DNA from: the human T2T-CHM13v2.0 reference genome, Homo sapiens
DNA: 64,000 bases
Assembly (NCBI RefSeq): GCF_009914755.1
Contig: NC_060932.1
Reading direction: 5' to 3' (one strand)
Part shown: positions 56,732 through 64,000 of the stretch, one piece after another
How the letters are laid out: each line of letters begins with the position of its first letter
How positions within the stretch are numbered: position 1 is the first letter of the stretch
Position numbers and translations under genes: made by a program
The notes under the pieces: model-generated
Databases searched by the model: none
What the model was told of the DNA's origin: nothing
The model's input: only the letters and a program-made list of their open reading frames with translations

Positions 56732-58577
56732 TAACTTTTTCTTATTGAGTATGATATTAGCCCTGGGTTTGTCATATACATGGCCTTTATTATTTTGAGG
56801 TACATTCTTTCTCTAATTAATTGAGAATTTTCATCATGAAAGGATGTTGGATTTTTTCAAATGCTTTTTCTGCATCTATTGAAATGATCATGTGGTTTTG
56901 TCCTTTATTCTGTCATTGTGATGTATCACAGTTATTGATCCATGTATGTTGAACCATCCATGCATCCTGGGATGAATCCTACTTGAGCATGGTGAATGAT
57001 CCCTTTAATGTGCTGTTGAATTTGTTTTTCTAGAATTTTATTGCATATTTTTCTTTATCAGGAATAAAATCAGGAATATTTTTGTAATTAATCAGGAATA
57101 TTCTGTAATTTTCTTTTTTCTAGTGTCTTTGTCTGGCTTTGGTCTCTGGATGATGCTAGCCTCATAAAATGAGGGTGGAAACAGTTTTCCCTCTTCAATT
57201 TTTTGGAAGAGTTTGAAAAGAATTGATATTCTTCTTTAAATTTTGATAGAATTCACAGTGAAACCATCAGGTCCTGGGCCTTTTTTTAGATGAGAGACTT
57301 TGTATTACTGACTCAATCTCCTTACTTGCTATTGGTCTATTAAGATTTTCTATTTCTTCATAATTCAGTTCTGGTAGATTGCATGCATCAAATGAATTTA
57401 TTCATTTTATTTTATTTGTTTTTTTCTTAATTAGTCCAGCAATAGGTCTTTCAACTTTATCTTTTCAAAAAAAATCAACTCTTGGTTTTGTTTATTTTTT
57501 CTAGTCTATTTCTGTCCTGATTTTTATTATTTTCTTTCTTCTACTAACTTTGGACTTAGTTTGTTCTTGTTTTTCTAGTCCCTTGAGGTGCAATGTTAGG
57601 TTGTTTATTTGAGATCCTCTTTTTTGATGCAGGTGTTTATTATTGTAAACTTCCCTTATATAACTGCCTTTGCTGTATCCCATAAGTTTGTTGTTTTCCA
57701 ATTTTGTCTCAAGAAATTTTAAAATTTTCCTTTAAGTTCCTTCATTGATCCATTGGTTGTCCAGGAGCATGTTGTTTAATTTCAATGTATTTGTGAATTT
57801 TGTGAAGTTCCTCCTGTTATTAATTTCTAGTGTTATACCCTTGTGGTCAGAAAATATACTTTATATGATTTGAATCTTCTTAAATTTGTTAAGATTTGTT
57901 TATGTCCTAACATATGAGCTATCCTCGAGAATCTTTCATGTGAAATTGAGAATAATGTATATTCTGCAGCTATTGAATGAAATGTTCTATATATGTCTAT
58001 TAGGTCCACTTATTTGAGAGGATAGCTTAAGTCTGATGTTTCCTTATTGATTTCCTATGTGGATAATCTGTGTACTGCTGAAACTGGGATGTTGAAGTCC
58101 TCTACTATAGTTATAATATAGTATTATCTTTCCCTTCATATCTATTAATATTTGCCTTGTATTTTTAGGTACTTTGATGTTGGGTGCAGATAAATTTACA
58201 ATGTTATATCCACTTGCTGAATCATCCCTTTATCATTACATAATGACTTTCTTTGTTCATTTTCATAGTTATTAATGTAAAGTGTATTTTATCTTGCATA
58301 AGTATAGGTATTCCTGCTTTCTTTTGTTTTTTATTTGCAGGTAATACCTTTTCTATCCTTCACTTTCAATCTATGTGTGTCCTACAGGTAAAGTGAGCCT
58401 TTGTAAGCAGCATATAGTTGAGTCTTGTTTTTCATCCATTAAGGCACTCTACATTTTTTGATTCTAGAATTTAATGCATTTACATTACATGTAGAGACTT
58501 GTTAATTGTTTTCTAGTTGTTTTGTAGATCTTGTGTTACTTCTTCCTTTCCTTTTGTCTTCCTCTGAGGTTAAGTGA

Positions 58578-58909
<332 letters not shown>

Positions 58910-61900
58910 TCTTGCTTCTATTTTTTGTGTATTTACTATAGGTTTTTGCTTTGTGGTTACCATGAGGCTTACAAAAACATCTCATATTCATAACAGGTTA
59001 TTTTAAGCTGATGGCAACTTAACTTTGGTCACACACACACACCCTACTGTATATTTTTAATCCACTTCTCTCCAGCATTTTCTATTTTTATATCAATATT
59101 TACATTTTAATATTGTATATTTCTTAACAAATTAATGTGGGTATTATCATTTGTAGTAGTTTTGTTTTTTTATCCTACATTACAAAGATATAAGTAATTT
59201 ACATCTTTTTCCAAGTTTGAAAAGTTTTCTGCTACTATTTTTTAAAATAAGCTTTCTACCCTTTTATCTTTCTGTTCTCCTTCTAAAACCCACAGGACTT
59301 GAATATTTGCTCTTTTGGAGTTGTCCCATAAATCCTGTATTACTATAATATTAGAATATTCTGAATTTTACTTTGTACTTATTTTTACCAGTGAGTTGTA
59401 CTTTCAAATGTTTTTATGATACTCATTAGCATCCTTTTCTTTCAGCTAGAACTTCCTTTAGCGTTTCTTATAAGACAAGTCTGGTGGTGATGAATTCCCT
59501 CAGCTTTTGTTTGTCTGGAAAAGTCTTAATCTCCCTTCATTTCTAAAGGACAGTTTTGCTAGGTATAGTATTTTTGTCTGGCAGGTTTCTCATTTCCCTT
59601 CAGCACTTTGAATATGTCTCCCACTTTCTCCTAGCCTGTAAGGTTTCTGCTGAGGATTCTGATGTTAACCATATTGGGACTCCTATATATGGTATTTGCT
59701 TCTTATTGTTGTTGTTGCTTTCAGGATCTTCTTTTTGTCTTTGATTTTAATAGTTTGATTATTATGTTTCTTTGGCTATTCTTATTTGGGTTGAATCTGA
59801 TTGGAGATCTTTGACTTTCATGTACCTGGATATTTACACCTTTTTCCAAGTTTGGAATGTTTCCTGCTACTATTTGTTTAAATAAGCTTTCTACCCCTTT
59901 ATCTTATTTTTCTCCTTCTAAAGCCCCCATGACTTGAATATTTGCTCTTTTGATGTTGTCCTATAAATCTTGTAAGCTTTCTTTATACTTCTTTATTCTT
60001 TTTTCTTCTTTGACTGTATATTTTCAAATAACCTGTGTTGGTGTTCACAATTTCTTTCTTCTGCCTGAGAAATTCTGCTGTTGATGTTCTCTATTGCAGT
60101 TTTCATTTTGGTTATTATATTTTTTGGCTCCAGATTTCTTTTTAAAAATTATTTTCAATCACTCCATTAAGTTTCTTGTTCTGGTCACTTATTATTTTCC
60201 TCATTTTATTAATTTTTTTTTGCATTTTCTTCATGTTTGCTGGGATTCCTTAAAATAGTTATTTTGAAATATTTGGCAGGTAGTTCACACATCTTCATTT
60301 CTTTAGGTTCAGTCACTGGTACCTTATTTTATCTCTTAGTGATGTCATGTTTCCCTGATGATTTTTGACCTTCATCATTGTGCCTCAATCCCTGCTCAGT
60401 TGAATAAGTAAGTCCTTATTATAGTCTTCACAGACTGGATTTTCCTGGGAAAGCACTACGGCAGGTGTGGTACTGGGGCATGCCAGAAGCCTGGGGCAGC
60501 TGCAGCCAGAGTGACATTGCTAGAAACATGGTATCTACTACATGGGTATTACTTCTGGGTGGGCCAGAAGCCTAGGACCACTGAGGCTTTCCCATTGCTA
60601 AGGGATGTCCAGAGCCCAGGTCCACTAATGTCAACCTAATAGTGGTGTGTGCCTGAGATCAGACTGGCCAAGCAAGCCTGTAGCCTTGAGCTGTGTGGTC
60701 CTATCTGCCATCGGGGCATGTGTAGAGGCTTAGTCTGTGGGTACCAGCCTGGTATATGGGATCATGAGGGTCTGCCTAGTGCTGGGTTTTACTGTGGCAG
60801 GCCCAGTGTTGGGGTCCAAGTCAAAGTCCTATGCCCACTTCCTTCTCTTTTCCCCAAATGGATGGTATATTTTTCTGCACTGTGCTGCTTGGGATGGGGG
60901 AAGGATGATATGGGTAATATAATATAAATTTGTCCTGCCTACTCCATTTAATGTGCCTTTTATTATTATTGTGCTACAGCTGAGTATTATGACATCTCAC
61001 CTGATTTCCTTAGCTCTTTTGAAGCTATTTTCACATATGAATACTTGCTCAAATTGATGTTTCTGTTAGAGAATAATCACAAGAGAGTCCTATTTCATTA
61101 ACTGGCTTTACTACTCCTCACCCTCTTTGAAACCTGCCAATGCACTAACTAGCAGTGGACGACCCTGGCCTTTCGTGATATTGGCACCCTATCCTACCCA
61201 TATCTATGGTTGTAGAGGATTTCTATCACATGTTTGGAATGATCAGTGAGTAAGAGACTAGGGTCATTTTGAGTGTTGGTTTGCCATTTGCACAAAAATT
61301 ATAGATCTCACCTAAACAAGGAAATTATTGGAGTTGTTAGGTACAGTGACTAAAAATCCAAATGCCATCTTACCAACAGAGCACTGGCCCCTTGTTGTCT
61401 TTCTGCACTCTGGGGATTGATGGTATCCTAACTTTGAGAAAATGCCAGAAATAGGGACAAGGAGAGCTGCTGAAAGGGAAAGACAAAACCTCAAACAGGG
61501 GTCCATTTCTGACAGCAAATAAAGAGGGTCAACACGAAATCTGGGGACACCAGTAAACAAATGGTTTATTAACCTAACATTATGATATATGCAATATAAT
61601 ATTATGAACATTTCCAGTCTTTATGGCTTCTATCAAGTTTTCAAATTGGAACAAGCAACTTTGCAGCTGAATAAAAAATTCCATCTTGTGTAAGCAGTAA
61701 TTGGTTAAGATTATTAACTTTTTGATAAAGCTATGTAACTGGCATTTTCTTCTAAACACATTAAGGTGCAAATATTGTTCACCAGCCATTCCTCAGAGTG
61801 AAATATTTGGCAGTAAGACTGGAAACTATAGAAGTCTGAGCCAATTGCAACCAAGGTTTATCTAATTCCAGGGCTCCTATTAATTCCTTTTTAGCATGCT

Positions 61901-62537
61901 TTCTTGCTAACTAGAATAATTAATACTGGACCTCATGTTACTTAGATTAGAATCAAGGAGTTGTTTGGATATCAACAGATTTTGATTCATACAGTTTGAA
62001 AAAGACTTTGAATCATTTCTCACTGTTCAATTTCAAAACTCCAGAAAGGAGATCTTAAATTCAATAAAATGATCAGGAAGAATAAGGTCCTCTCCAGAAA
62101 GAGAAATAATAATGCTCTAAGTATCTTAAAGTATTTGATTATAGATGCTCATTTATTTTCCAATGTTATCTCTGTAACATATCTTTTACTTAAGGCTAAG
62201 ATACAAATCCTTATGGAAAGTCTGTAGAAAGTTTTGCTGCTTAAACTCTGATGTTTATGTGGCTATAAATCACAGATTTTCAGAACTGGTGGAGACTTCA
62301 AAGTTGTCTGATCTGATTTTTTCATTTTGTAGGCAATAAATTTAATTGTTCCCCTAAAGGACACCCATGTACAAAGACCTCCAGGTGACATGTTTATCAC
62401 TGTATTTCTAGGGCTTAGCCCAGTTCCTGACACATAGTGGAGCTCAATAAACATTTGTTGATGGGTTTACTGATTGACAGAATAAGGCTCACACACCTAA
62501 TTAGTTGTAGAGATCTCTGATCTTCTGGGTGTCAGTC

Positions 62538-62919
62538 TGTGTTAGTCTGTTCTTGCATTGCTATAAAGAACTACCTGAGACTGGGTAATTTATAAAGAAA
62601 AAAGGTTTAATTAACAAGTAGTTCCACGGGCTGTACAGGAAGCATGGCTGCGAGGCCACAGGAAACTTACAATCATGGCAGAAGGTAAAGGGGAAGCAGG
62701 CACATCTTACATAACAGAGAAGGAGGAAGAGAGCAAAGAAGGAGGTGCTACACACTTATAAACAACCAGCTCTCATGAGAACTCACTCACTATCATGACA
62801 ACAGCAATGGGGAAATCCACCCCCATGATCCAATTACCTCCCATTAGGCCCCTCCTCCAACACTGAGGATTACAATTTGACATGAGATTTGGGTGGGAAC
62901 ACAAATCCGAACCATATCG
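62538..62919 (-). mobile_element. MSTA/THE1D-like MaLR solo LTR
   Basis: tgtgttagtctgttcttgcattgctataaagaa...aaccatatc; TSD CAGTC. Confidence 0.9.
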
Positions 62920-64000
62920 CAGTCCCATTGTCCCCCTTTACACCAGTTAAAGTATTATTACAATTCATCCTAGTTTTCAGGGAAAAACTCTCAAGTGTCC
63001 AAATTAGCAGTTAAAAAACATCTGCAGCCTTTTCCATTAACCAAAACCCAAACAAAAGGGAACTCTGTGTTGGAACCCATAGATTCCTCTCTCCATAGTT
63101 CCTAAAGTGGAGTACTTCCGCATCTCTACAGAAGACAGGGAGATAGTAGAGAGGACATCTTGGGTCTCTTTATCTACCTACCTACTTGGTATTAGGGACA
63201 GTAAAGGGTTTGGTTTCCATCATACACTTCACAGAAAAGTACCATAAATTCTCATCCCACTTGTACATCTCCCGATTCCATTTTTTTGGCTTTATGGGAG
63301 ACTTTCAGATAAATCCCTTAAATGAGGCATAAGGCCTCTGAAATTGTTACTCAAAATTTTTTCTTTCCATAGGATCAATGACATAAGAAGACTGTGACAA
63401 CTGGATATTTTTCTTGAGATATGATAAAGCTCTACATGTGCCTTTCCAGAGGTAGGCTGCTGTCACTATGGACACATGCCTTCTGCTGATGGAAAGGTAC
63501 TAAAAAGATTTTGGAAATTCCTAGTCTCTTTGCCCTGTGCTGGAATGGTAATCCAGCTGTCTTCGAAGAGGCTTGGATGCATGCAGAATTACTCTGGATC
63601 CACTTTGATCACCAAGCTGGCCAGCCCAGCCTAATGTAGTCTGGGGCGGTAGCCTAATGTAGGGCAGGAAAGCTTGGCCAGATAATGCTTAAAATTCTAT
63701 TAAGAGATGGCGTAAAGGGAGAAAGAAGGTTTTTAGAGTGCTTTTGTCTCCTGCTCCTCAGATTCCTTCTCTTCTGAAAGAATAAAAATATGATGCTACC
63801 CAGACAAGGAAAGAATCCCAAATTTTGACGTTAAGACACCCAGAACCATGACCTCTGTGTCCCTCCTGACAGTCCACCTCCCTGTGCCTGGTCTGGTGAG
63901 TTCCTGCTGCTCCTTTTTGCAAGACAATGTGCTACAGCAACTGCACACCCTACTCAACTGTTTGCAGAAGACAGCAAAGGCCCTGCAGTTTACAGACAGC

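Overview
Hominid (most likely human) genomic DNA from the middle of the adenylate cyclase 8 gene (ADCY8), which is transcribed on the minus strand. Three coding exons with canonical AG/GT boundaries lie in the window: 38229-38071 (C1a catalytic core), 32414-32144 (end of C1a and start of C1b) and 12004-11807 (66-aa C1b cassette). They are probably exons 6, 7 and 8; the numbering is from recall. The rest is intron rich in Alu, L1, L2, MIR, LTR and DNA-transposon relics, plus one young 5'-truncated SVA. The most striking unannotated structure is in the intron between exons 7 and 8. There, a 21-nt frame-preserving candidate microexon (26409-26389, VICQSQK) has a near-perfect acceptor and donor. 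It is followed directly by about 1.5 kb of UG-rich repeat (a TDP-43-type platform) and enclosed by an 82-bp inverted repeat with no recognisable transposon origin. Other leads are RBFOX motifs around exon 8, a recursive-splice-type start on exon 6, a sense-oriented SVA terminal-exon trap, and an open read-through of exon 7 ending at a polyA signal. Repeat subfamily calls are from recalled consensus sequences, and old-repeat boundaries are approximate.
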